Below, one piece after another: positions 8,446 to 19,374 of a DNA stretch of 64,000 bases. A model generated the notes under the pieces. The model was given only the letters and a program-made list of their open reading frames with translations. It searched no databases and was not told the origin of the DNA. The stretch is taken from sequence record MZ444140.1; one strand, given 5' to 3'. How positions within the stretch are numbered: position 1 is the stretch's first letter; every line of letters begins with the position of its first letter. The position numbers and the translations under genes are program-made.

Positions 8446-9537
8446 ATGTATAATTTATTTAAGAATGCTCCGTCACGTAAATTGGGGCAGGTGGTTGATC
8501 CTAACATCCATTATATCCGACGAATCTACGCTGAGCAAATTAGGGACGTTAAAAGTTATTATAGACGGGCACCGAAGTATGTTGAATCTAAAAATATATT
8601 AGCACAAATGATTCGACATTTTAACGTAGAGTTACTAAGTGATGATGCTACTTTTATAAAGAACGTGGACGATCGTTCACGTGCTATTATTCGTTCATTT
8701 GGTATTACATCATCTTTAAATAAAGGTAAGGTTCATGTAGGTGGTGTTACACTTGGCCCTCAGACTGAAGAAGTTTTAGTATCCACATCAGAGAGCTTTG
8801 ATCTAAAAGATCTAAATAAAACATGGTATAAACTTTCCCCTGTTACGTATCTGTATCATACACGTACTGATACTAATTTACCTATCATGAACAATACCAC
8901 ACAGGGTAGAGGCTATGGTGTAACTCTAGTAAATATACCAATGCTTCTTGTGATGTACCGTTACTGGTATCGATGGCAAGTTGAGAAGAATCCTGATGAA
9001 GTAGAAGACACTTATAGGTTTATAGGATCATTTGTATTGCCAAATATGGTTGACTCTTATTTAGATATTTCTTTCTTTAATAGGTTAGCAAGGAATGCTT
9101 TAGATATTAAAAATCCAACATTCCCTATACCGCATCCATTTTACATCACTGATATGAATCCACGTATTGATAAACTATGTACAACTATCAATAGAGAATC
9201 CATATTAAAAGGTGTAGACATGGAAGGTTTATCATGGATAACACCAGCTATCGTACAATCTAATTTGTTCGATATGATGCGGCTCCCACGAGAACCTATT
9301 AACAGGAATAATGAATGGGCTTATGTATTGGCTCGCACACCCTTCATTAAGTATCTTGTAGGGCAGCTTTTAAAGAATACTGGTTATGATCAATCTTCTG
9401 TTAACACTGTATTAATTGATCTTATAGAAGCATCTAATGATCAAGCATTTAAGCAACAAGCAAATAGTGAGTTTGTAAAAGCTCAACAGGCACAAGTTGA
9501 TTGGATGATAGATGCACTTAAAAGAAAAGAAATGTGA
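8446..9537 (+). CDS. Conserved phiKZ-like virion/core protein (gp52 position)
   Basis: 363-aa plus-strand ORF between chimallin and the DNA polymerase, conserved synteny in this family. Confidence 0.65.
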   Translation: MYNLFKNAPSRKLGQVVDPNIHYIRRIYAEQIRDVKSYYRRAPKYVESKNILAQMIRHFNVELLSDDATFIKNVDDRSRAIIRSFGITSSLNKGKVHVGGVTLGPQTEEVLVSTSESFDLKDLNKTWYKLSPVTYLYHTRTDTNLPIMNNTTQGRGYGVTLVNIPMLLVMYRYWYRWQVEKNPDEVEDTYRFIGSFVLPNMVDSYLDISFFNRLARNALDIKNPTFPIPHPFYITDMNPRIDKLCTTINRESILKGVDMEGLSWITPAIVQSNLFDMMRLPREPINRNNEWAYVLARTPFIKYLVGQLLKNTGYDQSSVNTVLIDLIEASNDQAFKQQANSEFVKAQQAQVDWMIDALKRKEM

Positions 9538-9541
9538 CATA

Positions 9542-9567
9542 AACCCCCTCCTAAATTGGAGGGGGTT
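9542..9567. terminator. Bidirectional stem-loop between convergent genes
   Basis: AACCCCCTCC/GGAGGGGGTT 10-bp stem. Confidence 0.75.
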
Positions 9568-9580
9568 ATATGCCGTTTTA

Positions 9581-10303
9581 TTAGAAATTACCTTTCTTCA
9601 TTTTAGAAAGTAATTTTCTACGTTCAGCTCGGTTAATTCCTGGGATAGCTGGTAATAGCATTTTATTACTAAACTTACCTGGCTTGCGGTCATGATTTAG
9701 TAATTGATCAACTACAGCTTGGTCACTGCTTTTAACTCCATTATCCATTTCATCTAATGGGTCCATAATAGCTTTAGCAGTCAATCTTAGATGAGTAACT
9801 AGTTCATCAAATGAACTATCGGTATTAATAAGTTGTTTATCAACACCTTCTTTAAGAGCTTGTTTAATAGTTACGTCTTTTACCAGGATATTATCACATT
9901 CCCAAAGAGTTGTATGATGGGTATTTAACATTAATTCAAGTGAGACATTATTGTAATCGTTGTCAGCACTTGAGTGCCAATTGAATTCATCAATATAGTC
10001 ATTTAGACTCATTAACTTTGGTGGTTCGTTACTAGAGGTAATTAAACCAATTGGTTGAACATCATCTAGTGAACTTTTATCACTAGTAATTGCAGTTGTT
10101 TCAGTAGTAACATCAACTTCTTTTAATTCGTTGGTATAAGTTACATATACTAATTCTTCACTACCGTCATCCAAAAGAACATAGGCTGTTGCTTTGGTGG
10201 AATCATCAGGTGCTAATCCATGGATCCTAATACGATTATCATTTACTAATTTACTATAATCATTCCAGGTAATTACGCGGACTTCTTTATTCTCTTTCAT
10301 CAT
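9581..10303 (-). CDS. Hypothetical protein
   Basis: 240-aa ORF; C-terminal NRAERR motif common in phage proteins. Confidence 0.7.
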   Translation of the reverse strand: MMKENKEVRVITWNDYSKLVNDNRIRIHGLAPDDSTKATAYVLLDDGSEELVYVTYTNELKEVDVTTETTAITSDKSSLDDVQPIGLITSSNEPPKLMSLNDYIDEFNWHSSADNDYNNVSLELMLNTHHTTLWECDNILVKDVTIKQALKEGVDKQLINTDSSFDELVTHLRLTAKAIMDPLDEMDNGVKSSDQAVVDQLLNHDRKPGKFSNKMLLPAIPGINRAERRKLLSKMKKGNF

Positions 10304-10496
10304 TAGTTACCTCTTTTAATTTGTCTTTAATATAACTTCGGATAAATGCTCGTTTTTCTTCACGAGTTAACCCATGTGGAGCGGTTGGTAATGTGATAGT
10401 ACCACTGTTAATTGCCTTCTTCATCCGATCTAAGTCAAAATTAAATTCGGTATGATTTGTCATTATATTGAACCATATTAAGTTAGTAATTGGCAA
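10287..10496 (-). CDS. Small hypothetical protein
   Basis: FDLDRMKKAINSGTITLP..GLTREEKRAFI; the real start may be the second Met; promoter motif at 10501-10525. Confidence 0.6.
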   Translation of the reverse strand: MPITNLIWFNIMTNHTEFNFDLDRMKKAINSGTITLPTAPHGLTREEKRAFIRSYIKDKLKEVTNDERE

Positions 10497-10500
10497 TCAG

Positions 10501-10525
10501 ACTATATAAATCTTAATTATTTTTT
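10501..10525 (-). promoter_or_regulatory. Phage promoter motif
   Basis: AAAAAATAATTAAGATTTATATAGT on the minus strand. Confidence 0.55.
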
Positions 10526-10561
10526 AGTATATAAGCCTCCCACTAGGGGAGGCTATATTTC

Positions 10562-12757
10562 TTAATAGAAGTCAGAGATGAGTCGATCGTTATTTTTATC
10601 AATAAGGAAAATACCTAGGGACTCTAAGGTTAGATAGAATACACCCATAGTATTTCCAATGATAGTTCTAACGTCAGCAACACGCGTAATAACTTCTGGA
10701 ATACGACCAGTTTCTACTACTGTACTCGGGATATGGAAATCACCAATACTGGTTTTATTTTCTTCAGTAACCCATGCTTGAATACGAGCAGCTAATTTCT
10801 TATCTTCGATACCATCAATCCATTCTTTGATCGCAGTTTTATTATTAAGAGTAACTGAGATCTTTACATGTGAATAAGGTGGATCACCAGCGTCACCAAA
10901 TGACGGAGCAAATACAGTCTTCCACACCAATCCCTTTTTATGAGTTGAGTTATCTTCAGATTTATAAGATTCAGGTCGTTTAGTTTGACCACTTGTAAGA
11001 TACTCGGCTTTACCACTTCTAACAGACTCAATAATTTCTCTTTCGATATTACCGGCTTCTTTTAGAATTGAAGCTAAGTCGATTTTCTCTTCAGCCTTTA
11101 CCGTCTTAATAATATCTTCCATGAGTTTTTTAGCACGACTATTAATCTTCTTAGGTACTTTACTATCCCTTAGCCCCACGCCTTTAATCTCCATCCGAGA
11201 TTCATTAAACATCACCCCTTCTTGGGCATCCTGTGATGCAAAGTAATGTTTAGAACGAGTAGTTAAGGCCAGTACTGCGAAATAAAATTCGTTCTTCATT
11301 GCAAATAGACGAAGCTTATCTTTAGATACACCCATATTAGCGGATTGAATCGCTAAGATATGCATAACTACTTCAGATACTAGAAACACTAGTGCAAATA
11401 CTAGTCGTTTAGCTTCATTGCTAAAAGTTACTTTACCAAAGAATTCCTCAACCCACCATTGTAATGTAAACATAGTGGAGTCAGTATCTGAAATAACAGC
11501 AGCTCGTCTATACACAGTTGGAAAAGCATGAATGCTTGATGGTACACATTTAGTCAAGAAGAAAGCTTCAATCAATAGACGATATTCATTAAGAGTTTCA
11601 GCGATATTTCGACCAGTGGCATAAACTTGGTTTAATGTATCTGGATCTGACTCTTTTAGTTTAGCTTTAGATCGACCTTTAACAGTATCAAAGCAAATAA
11701 AGCTAGCCAATAGATCCATATCACCATCATAAGTTGAATATTCTTCTTCAGTGATGATTTGTTCTTTTGTTCCAACCTGGCTTAATTTAATTAGAAAGCT
11801 CTTGATTAATTCTTTATTGTATTTATATAAGTGATATAGATCACCTACGTACATAACTGCTGCTCGTTCGACTGGTGTCATCCCAGTAGCTAGTTTTAAA
11901 ATCTGCGCCGTGTAGTACTTATTTTGCCAATAGTGTTTAGTTGAATAAAGAACCATATCAACTACTTCTTCTGGCGTTGGGCAATGTAGATTAAAATTAG
12001 TTACTGCTTTTTGAATTAACTCCATATCAGCTACATTAATAGTGTTTACTAAATTAGCTTTTGTGATTTCTGGAGTATAATAATGCCTATTACCCATAAT
12101 GAATTTTTCATTATTTGAGTTAGCATAAGAGGTACCAGTTCTACAGGTAGATGTTAAACTAGAGTGTGTGGACTTATAATAAAGAATAGTGGCAGCAGAT
12201 ACAGTACCGCCTGAATATGAGTTATTGTTAATTTTGAAGTTTTCTTGCTCGCCTTTACGTACTTGTGCAAGTTCTGTTTTAATTTGTGAATTCTCTTTAT
12301 CGCCGGCCTGTAGGAAAGCAGCTGCTTCACGTTCAGCCTGCATCTGTTCACCTTTAACACGCTTACGGTTTTTCACACCTTCGGCAATATAGATGGAGTG
12401 CGTAGACTGTCTAACAGACTCTGGTAAATATGCGGTCATTGATGGAGATAATAATAGATTCTGTTTCTTAACACGGTTAAGAAAAGCCATAAATGAAACC
12501 GTCTTTAATTCCCTATCACCAAACTTATTTTTATCTAGAATAGTTGCTAATGGATTACGAAGTGCATATTCGCCATTTTGACGTAATTGTTCTTTAACAA
12601 ATTCTTTACATTCTTCTAAACTAATATTTAATTCATCTTTTGTCATTAATTGAAGATATTTGGCATTATCATCAAGACATGCATTAATGATATCAATATC
12701 ACGATGGTAATCATTGACATCTTTTAAAAACGGATTTGGTTGGGCAAATGCGGTCAT
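10562..12757 (-). CDS. Family B DNA polymerase, polymerase-domain subunit (phiKZ gp50 equivalent)
   Basis: 731 aa; K..NNSYSGG (motif B-like), ISDTDS (motif C), SKHY and EIKGVGL; no exonuclease motifs recognised. Confidence 0.85.
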   Translation of the reverse strand: MTAFAQPNPFLKDVNDYHRDIDIINACLDDNAKYLQLMTKDELNISLEECKEFVKEQLRQNGEYALRNPLATILDKNKFGDRELKTVSFMAFLNRVKKQNLLLSPSMTAYLPESVRQSTHSIYIAEGVKNRKRVKGEQMQAEREAAAFLQAGDKENSQIKTELAQVRKGEQENFKINNNSYSGGTVSAATILYYKSTHSSLTSTCRTGTSYANSNNEKFIMGNRHYYTPEITKANLVNTINVADMELIQKAVTNFNLHCPTPEEVVDMVLYSTKHYWQNKYYTAQILKLATGMTPVERAAVMYVGDLYHLYKYNKELIKSFLIKLSQVGTKEQIITEEEYSTYDGDMDLLASFICFDTVKGRSKAKLKESDPDTLNQVYATGRNIAETLNEYRLLIEAFFLTKCVPSSIHAFPTVYRRAAVISDTDSTMFTLQWWVEEFFGKVTFSNEAKRLVFALVFLVSEVVMHILAIQSANMGVSKDKLRLFAMKNEFYFAVLALTTRSKHYFASQDAQEGVMFNESRMEIKGVGLRDSKVPKKINSRAKKLMEDIIKTVKAEEKIDLASILKEAGNIEREIIESVRSGKAEYLTSGQTKRPESYKSEDNSTHKKGLVWKTVFAPSFGDAGDPPYSHVKISVTLNNKTAIKEWIDGIEDKKLAARIQAWVTEENKTSIGDFHIPSTVVETGRIPEVITRVADVRTIIGNTMGVFYLTLESLGIFLIDKNNDRLISDFY

Positions 12758-12930
12758 TTCACATATCTCTCAGTATACTTATTTTTAATTATAGTGAATG
12801 ATTTCTCTCTCTTTAACTAAAAAAGAAAAGGAAAGAATGGGTACCCTATACGGGCACCCTAAATTGAGAGGTAGCACATCAACTTACATTCACATTAGAT
12901 GATGTAAGCAAGTAAAAATAATACAACATA

Positions 12931-12953
12931 AAAGGAGCCATAATGGCTCCTTT
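12931..12953 (-). terminator. Stem-loop after the 12958-13374 gene
   Basis: AAAGGAGCCA/TGGCTCCTTT 10-bp stem. Confidence 0.7.
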
Positions 12954-12957
12954 ATAG

Positions 12958-13383
<426 letters not shown>

Positions 13384-13408
13384 CTAAAATAGTTGGTTAC
13401 ATAGGGTA

Positions 13409-13792
13409 TTACTCATCTAGTAATACAACTACACCAAACAGACCTTTTGTATCCATTGGCACTGTAATTAATACATGTCCATTTGGATATTTTTCTTTAA
13501 AGCTATTGATAAAGTCGGTACAATATTCAATAACATATCCTTTAGTAGAATAATTCTCTAACTCAATATCTTCGTCAGGATCATCAAATGAGTCATGTCC
13601 ATACATCAGCATATGGATATATATGTCATTATTAAGCGTATCCATATAACTTAACTTACGTGATTCTTCAAATAAATCAAGTGGTGTTGGACAATCTGGA
13701 TATATCATTCGTTTTGTATATTCACGAAGCAAATGTTGCGAATATATTTCTGACTCTTTAGATTTAAATACGATAAATACTCGTTTTTCCAT
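13409..13792 (-). CDS. Hypothetical protein
   Basis: 127-aa ORF with AGGA RBS. Confidence 0.7.
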   Translation of the reverse strand: MEKRVFIVFKSKESEIYSQHLLREYTKRMIYPDCPTPLDLFEESRKLSYMDTLNNDIYIHMLMYGHDSFDDPDEDIELENYSTKGYVIEYCTDFINSFKEKYPNGHVLITVPMDTKGLFGVVVLLDE

Positions 13793-13864
13793 ATCGGTTC
13801 CTAGTAGGAAGCCTATGTGAACCGATAGGCTTTCCTATTTACGTCAATTGTTAATATGTGTCAC

Positions 13865-14401
13865 TTAATCCACATCATTGTAGCAGTCCATACCAAAGTC
13901 TTCACCTTCTAGAATATAACCTTGATTATGTTGATCAACTGCTATTGATTGGATTCTTTCTACACCATATCCATTCTGATAAAGATACGCTATTTCAGAT
14001 TGTAGTTTACTAGCCAGTGTTTTACACACAGCTGCAAACCACATATTAAGAATACTCAATGCATATTTATCTTGCATAATCACAGGCGCTACTGATGGAA
14101 AGTATTCTTGTAAATAATAGTCAACCCCTATAATTGGTTGAGTAGGCTGTTGTGCTAGAAATTCAATATATGCATTAATCGCCTGATACCATAACTGTTC
14201 TATAGATTGGTGTTCAGTATATGGGTAAGGAGTATTGTAAGACTTATTGACAACTACATCAGCCATTTTATTAACAATGGGCCAGATATCACTGATGTTA
14301 ATAACTACGAAACTCGTCATTCCTTGTTGGCCTGGAGTTATGTTATTAGCATCATTTATCCGCTGCATTTCTTGTTGTCTATAAAGAAGTGGATGCATCA
14401 T
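13865..14401 (-). CDS. Hypothetical protein
   Basis: 178-aa ORF, start overlaps the upstream stop (ATGA). Confidence 0.7.
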   Translation of the reverse strand: MMHPLLYRQQEMQRINDANNITPGQQGMTSFVVINISDIWPIVNKMADVVVNKSYNTPYPYTEHQSIEQLWYQAINAYIEFLAQQPTQPIIGVDYYLQEYFPSVAPVIMQDKYALSILNMWFAAVCKTLASKLQSEIAYLYQNGYGVERIQSIAVDQHNQGYILEGEDFGMDCYNDVD

Positions 14402-14832
14402 GTTTGAGACCTCATAACTAATTTAGTTACCATCTTATATTTATCTACTTCTATACATTTAAGACTAGTAATAAGATTACCTGCTTGAATAACTTGTTTT
14501 TGGATTATCTCTAAGAAATCAGTTCCAAATAAATCCAATACCCTTTCGATAATCTCAGCAGATCTTAAGTGCCAATTGATAGTATTAGGATTTCCCTGAT
14601 GATCAAATACCATCATGCTCATCGGTCTATCTGGTTCTATATAGGTATCGCTTAAGTAATCTTCTAACCATTGCTCTAAAAAGGTAGGCCAATCTAATCT
14701 CTGCCAGTGGTTAAAGTATTCTACATATGCTGCTAGAAGTCTATTGATACACCACAGTACAAAGTCAGTCGGTTCATCTACACCTAGCTCTTCCGTAAAA
14801 GAACGCGGTTTCAAAATTAGCAACAATTGCAT
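14398..14832 (-). CDS. Hypothetical protein
   Basis: 144-aa ORF with GGAG RBS. Confidence 0.65.
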   Translation of the reverse strand: MQLLLILKPRSFTEELGVDEPTDFVLWCINRLLAAYVEYFNHWQRLDWPTFLEQWLEDYLSDTYIEPDRPMSMMVFDHQGNPNTINWHLRSAEIIERVLDLFGTDFLEIIQKQVIQAGNLITSLKCIEVDKYKMVTKLVMRSQT

Positions 14833-15214
14833 ATTGACTCCACTCTTTACCAGTGACTATAGTTAATAGAACAACTTTGTTATCTATTACACTAATGAAC
14901 TTATAGTCTATTAAATTCTTCGGTGTTCTATGTAGTAATTGGATTCCAGTTGTATAGAACAAATTAATGAACTCATCCCAATCTGGACCATTTCCTAGTT
15001 GTATTGATATATCCACAAAAGGAATAACCGTATTATCCTGTTGTAATTTAGACATCATCTTAACAACCCATTGAGTTAATAAGACGATGACTGTAGCTTC
15101 ATCTTTATTTGTTAGGTAAGTAAATTTCTTTATCAATGTGATTAATTGTGGGAATACCACTTCGATTGGCAATACATATACCAGACGTTGTACTTCCTCC
15201 GATGTACAATCCAT
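14774..15214 (-). CDS. Hypothetical protein (start revised to MDCTSEE)
   Basis: Open frame to 15289; ATG at 15214 gives less overlap with the neighbour. Confidence 0.55.
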   Translation of the reverse strand: MDCTSEEVQRLVYVLPIEVVFPQLITLIKKFTYLTNKDEATVIVLLTQWVVKMMSKLQQDNTVIPFVDISIQLGNGPDWDEFINLFYTTGIQLLHRTPKNLIDYKFISVIDNKVVLLTIVTGKEWSQYAIVANFETAFFYGRARCR

Positions 15215-15557
15215 CTCGTGCTTCTGTTTCATACCACAGTTCCTTAGTATTTGTTGGAATGAGGTGCATGATCTGCTCAGCACCCTCATCGAGAAGTTCT
15301 ATTAGTTTATGCATGAAATGAATGTCTTTAGCATATTCATAGAACATTTCTTCTTTAACGACCATTTGCATAAGCTTCTGTTCTGCCAATGCAACAAGCA
15401 AATGCATTGCTTCGATATAACTAATATCTAAAAAGTCCAATACAAATCTTAGATAGTTATCATCTTTAATAAGTTTACTTTTAGTCGCTCTTAGTAAAAA
15501 ACGAGGTTGTGGTGTGGGTAATGGTGACGTATAGATCTTCTGGTTTCTCAGTATCAT
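15105..15557 (-). CDS. Hypothetical protein, start uncertain
   Basis: 150-aa frame overlapping both neighbours. Confidence 0.55.
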   Translation of the reverse strand: MILRNQKIYTSPLPTPQPRFLLRATKSKLIKDDNYLRFVLDFLDISYIEAMHLLVALAEQKLMQMVVKEEMFYEYAKDIHFMHKLIELLDEGAEQIMHLIPTNTKELWYETEARDGLYIGGSTTSGICIANRSGIPTINHIDKEIYLPNK

Positions 15558-15870
15558 AAATAACCCTATTTAACTGGATGTTACCAGCTGATGGTAGAAC
15601 TACCCGGTTAGAACAATTATACAGATAAGTTGTTAAATTAATATCACAAATATCCCTATAACCCAGCATCTGATTAATTAGTTCTATGACATCATTAGAT
15701 GTGCTACCCGATGCCCTCTCAGACGCTGCTGCCAATACAATTGTTAATGCATATTCTGCACCAATACTATTTTTTATAGATTTCCAAATATCAGAATGTT
15801 GATCTTGTACAAAAGATCTTACTTCCATTCTGATACACATTGATGTGTCTTTATCATTAGATATGTTCAT
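15481..15870 (-). CDS. Hypothetical protein
   Basis: 129-aa ORF. Confidence 0.6.
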   Translation of the reverse strand: MNISNDKDTSMCIRMEVRSFVQDQHSDIWKSIKNSIGAEYALTIVLAAASERASGSTSNDVIELINQMLGYRDICDINLTTYLYNCSNRVVLPSAGNIQLNRVIYDTEKPEDLYVTITHTTTSFFTKSD

Positions 15871-15919
15871 TATAAAAACCTTATAATCGGTATAAAGCCC
15901 CCCATAAGGAGGGCTTTAT

Positions 15920-16993
15920 TTAGTATAGATTATTTTCTAAAATGTATCGCTCAGCTTGCGCTCGCTGATCATCAGGTAAATAATCACCACGTTGATATTC
16001 AAATACTAATTTCTCAATAGGATAAGTTGCATTCTTATTCTTGTATACAGAAATTACATAGCTATGATACTCTAGTTCATACTTAACGTCATGCTCAATT
16101 CTGGTTGAAAAATATGCCATGTTAATAGAACTAACTAGAGGGCTAATATATTTCTCTTCAAATAGTAATAAATTATCAAGTCCTAAACTTGCAAAGAAAT
16201 CATGGTTAACCTTAGGTATTAGATAAGATACTTTAATATTACTATATTGTTTAACAATTACACCAATAAGTAATGCAGTTAACTGTTCTTGAATATATTC
16301 TACTGCGATGTTATATGCATGGTTAGTGGTGATGTGGTCTTTATTTAAAGTATAGCTACCACCATTAGCAAGAGATAGCTGAGTTTTACGCCTAGATTCG
16401 TAGATACTATAACCTAATGTTTGTAAATTAATTCTGTCAAAGCCATGGAAGAATGTACGGAGAAATTCACTAAATAAATAGTTTAATGGGTTCAGTAGGT
16501 TAAGTGATACCACTGCATGATCATCACCATTATCAATCCCATGGACACGATCATATTCCGCGATACGATAATCTTTGCCACTGATTAAAGTTATAACTGA
16601 ACCAGCTTTAACTACATCCCATTGGATCCATGTACCGCTATCGATATATTTAGCTACTTGTTTATAGATATCTAGATAGATAGTTTCTAGATAAGGTAGT
16701 TTCATTAGATTTTCTACCCAAGCAACTTTATTACTATCTACGTCAGTTACAGCACAATTAAAAATAGCTGCTGCCATCTTAAGATTGGTGTACTGGTCTT
16801 TGGCTGTTTTATATGAAACTAAACTCTCTACTATATTTTCAACCATTAGATGTAAAAACTGTTGAGCCACATCTTTACTCAATTTCACCCCAATCGCTTC
16901 ATCAATTGAAGCTGAAGCTGTAAGCTGACCTAGTAAATCGTATATTGCTTTTTCTTGGTGGCGCGTATCAAGTACAATGAGCTTATTCGACAT
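15920..16993 (-). CDS. Conserved hypothetical protein
   Basis: 357-aa ORF with GGAGA RBS. Confidence 0.75.
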   Translation of the reverse strand: MSNKLIVLDTRHQEKAIYDLLGQLTASASIDEAIGVKLSKDVAQQFLHLMVENIVESLVSYKTAKDQYTNLKMAAAIFNCAVTDVDSNKVAWVENLMKLPYLETIYLDIYKQVAKYIDSGTWIQWDVVKAGSVITLISGKDYRIAEYDRVHGIDNGDDHAVVSLNLLNPLNYLFSEFLRTFFHGFDRINLQTLGYSIYESRRKTQLSLANGGSYTLNKDHITTNHAYNIAVEYIQEQLTALLIGVIVKQYSNIKVSYLIPKVNHDFFASLGLDNLLLFEEKYISPLVSSINMAYFSTRIEHDVKYELEYHSYVISVYKNKNATYPIEKLVFEYQRGDYLPDDQRAQAERYILENNLY

Positions 16994-17006
16994 TATATTT
17001 CTCCAA

Positions 17007-17435
17007 TTAATTTTTTGGAATAGCGATCCAAACTGTGTTCTTTAACCGATAAAATATTACAAACTTACCTGCATTTACTCTAGGTATAATTTTTAATATA
17101 TCCCAAAGATCAGATGCGGCCTCATGATTATCATGAAACCATTGGATTTCTTGAGGGGTGTTATTTATTGGATTATATCCAGTAGTATACATGAATTCAA
17201 AAGAGTCAATAGAATATTTAAAGAAGTCATCAATTAAGCTGTCCTCTACTGATTTAAATATATGCTCTAATGTACCATAGTCATCTGGATGTATTCCAAA
17301 GCTTTGGCACCTAATTGCTAAACGAGCATTTATTAGCTCTTTTGGCGATCTTGGTACTAACTTGGCTATCACCCTCGTTACATCTATTACATACAGGTCA
17401 GCTACTTGGGGAGTAGTCACAGTACAATCTCTCAT
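17007..17435 (-). CDS. Hypothetical protein
   Basis: 142-aa ORF; promoter motif at 17451-17475. Confidence 0.7.
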   Translation of the reverse strand: MRDCTVTTPQVADLYVIDVTRVIAKLVPRSPKELINARLAIRCQSFGIHPDDYGTLEHIFKSVEDSLIDDFFKYSIDSFEFMYTTGYNPINNTPQEIQWFHDNHEAASDLWDILKIIPRVNAGKFVIFYRLKNTVWIAIPKN

Positions 17436-17450
17436 TAAATGTTCAGGAAC

Positions 17451-17475
17451 ATGATATAGATCTAAAAATATTTTT
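17451..17475 (-). promoter_or_regulatory. Phage promoter motif
   Basis: AAAAATATTTTTAGATCTATATCAT on the minus strand. Confidence 0.55.
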
Positions 17476-17562
17476 AGTCAAATCTGTTCGTGGTAAGCCG
17501 ATGTATATTATACCTTAGTTGGGTATTATCTCCATCGAAAAAACGCGTACAGCGCATTATAG

Positions 17563-18372
<810 letters not shown>

Positions 18373-18390
18373 AAAAAAATAAAAAAAAGA

Positions 18391-18422
18391 CATAATGCCC
18401 TCCCATTGCGGGAGGGCTTATG
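18391..18422. terminator. Bidirectional palindrome; 21-bp core is the exact inverse of 28097-28117
   Basis: CATAATGCCCTCCCATTGCGGGAGGGCTTATG. Confidence 0.75.
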
Positions 18423-18480
18423 CCATTAAGATAATATCTAAATAACACTATATTTAAAAACATACTGGTATAACCCATCA

Positions 18481-18786
18481 TCAATTAATACTGTTGAGAA
18501 TCTTTTTGATGAGATCACCAGGTGCAATACCAATACCTGAACAATACCGTCTAAAGTTATTACACGGTTGACATGCTTTCTTTTCAACGATATTTAATTC
18601 AAAGCAAATATTGCCACGTGAATCTAGAATGGATATAAATGCTTTGTTACCTGTTACGCGATATGTCTTACCGAATACAACAGTTGTTTTATATGCAAGG
18701 CTATTCATGATTATTCCTTTAACATGGATTATTATCATGTTTGTAATATAGCCTTTAAATGTATTTAAATATTTATTAAACCCCAT
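18481..18786 (-). CDS. Hypothetical protein (start possibly at MNSLAYK)
   Basis: 101-aa frame with CQPC/C cluster. Confidence 0.55.
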   Translation of the reverse strand: MGFNKYLNTFKGYITNMIIIHVKGIIMNSLAYKTTVVFGKTYRVTGNKAFISILDSRGNICFELNIVEKKACQPCNNFRRYCSGIGIAPGDLIKKILNSIN

Positions 18787-19063
18787 AGCGATGAGCTATA
18801 TATGTTTTTAATACCTCATATGCCTTATCAGTTGCCATGGAACTATTGACAAAATCAGAATGATCAATCTTAATAATCTTACCGAATGAATCATAATCGA
18901 TAGTTGTAACTGCTATTCGATCACTATCACGGATCAATAGTTTATTTTTATTTAAAACAAAAATATTCCATTTCTCGCCATCGGCTAAAATAACATCCTC
19001 ATCTTTAAGATTAAGACGAACAAACTGTTTTACATAAATACTTAACTGAGCAACTGTTGACAT
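18776..19063 (-). CDS. Hypothetical protein
   Basis: 95-aa ORF in operon. Confidence 0.65.
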   Translation of the reverse strand: MSTVAQLSIYVKQFVRLNLKDEDVILADGEKWNIFVLNKNKLLIRDSDRIAVTTIDYDSFGKIIKIDHSDFVNSSMATDKAYEVLKTYIAHRYGV

Positions 19064-19374
19064 AATGATTTCTCGATATCTGTTAATGAAATAATCATAT
19101 CTTGGACATTGATGGTAATAACATTTTTATAAGTTAAATAAGTTGGATATGAACCCATAAATGTAATAGTCCCACAGATATGATTTTTATATCTAATATC
19201 AACACATCCGTCATATCTCCAGATAAAATCAAATGATCCTTTAGTGTGGTGTTCAAGTGAAAGAATAGAACCACTAACTAATTTAGGATATTGTTCAAAT
19301 TCAGACATTACATAATCTGCCAGTTCCTTAACCTCAGGATAATCAATCAATAATAGCATATACGTAAATCTCAA
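19042..19374 (-). CDS. Hypothetical protein
   Basis: 110-aa ORF in operon. Confidence 0.6.
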   Translation of the reverse strand: MRFTYMLLLIDYPEVKELADYVMSEFEQYPKLVSGSILSLEHHTKGSFDFIWRYDGCVDIRYKNHICGTITFMGSYPTYLTYKNVITINVQDMIISLTDIEKSLCQQLLS

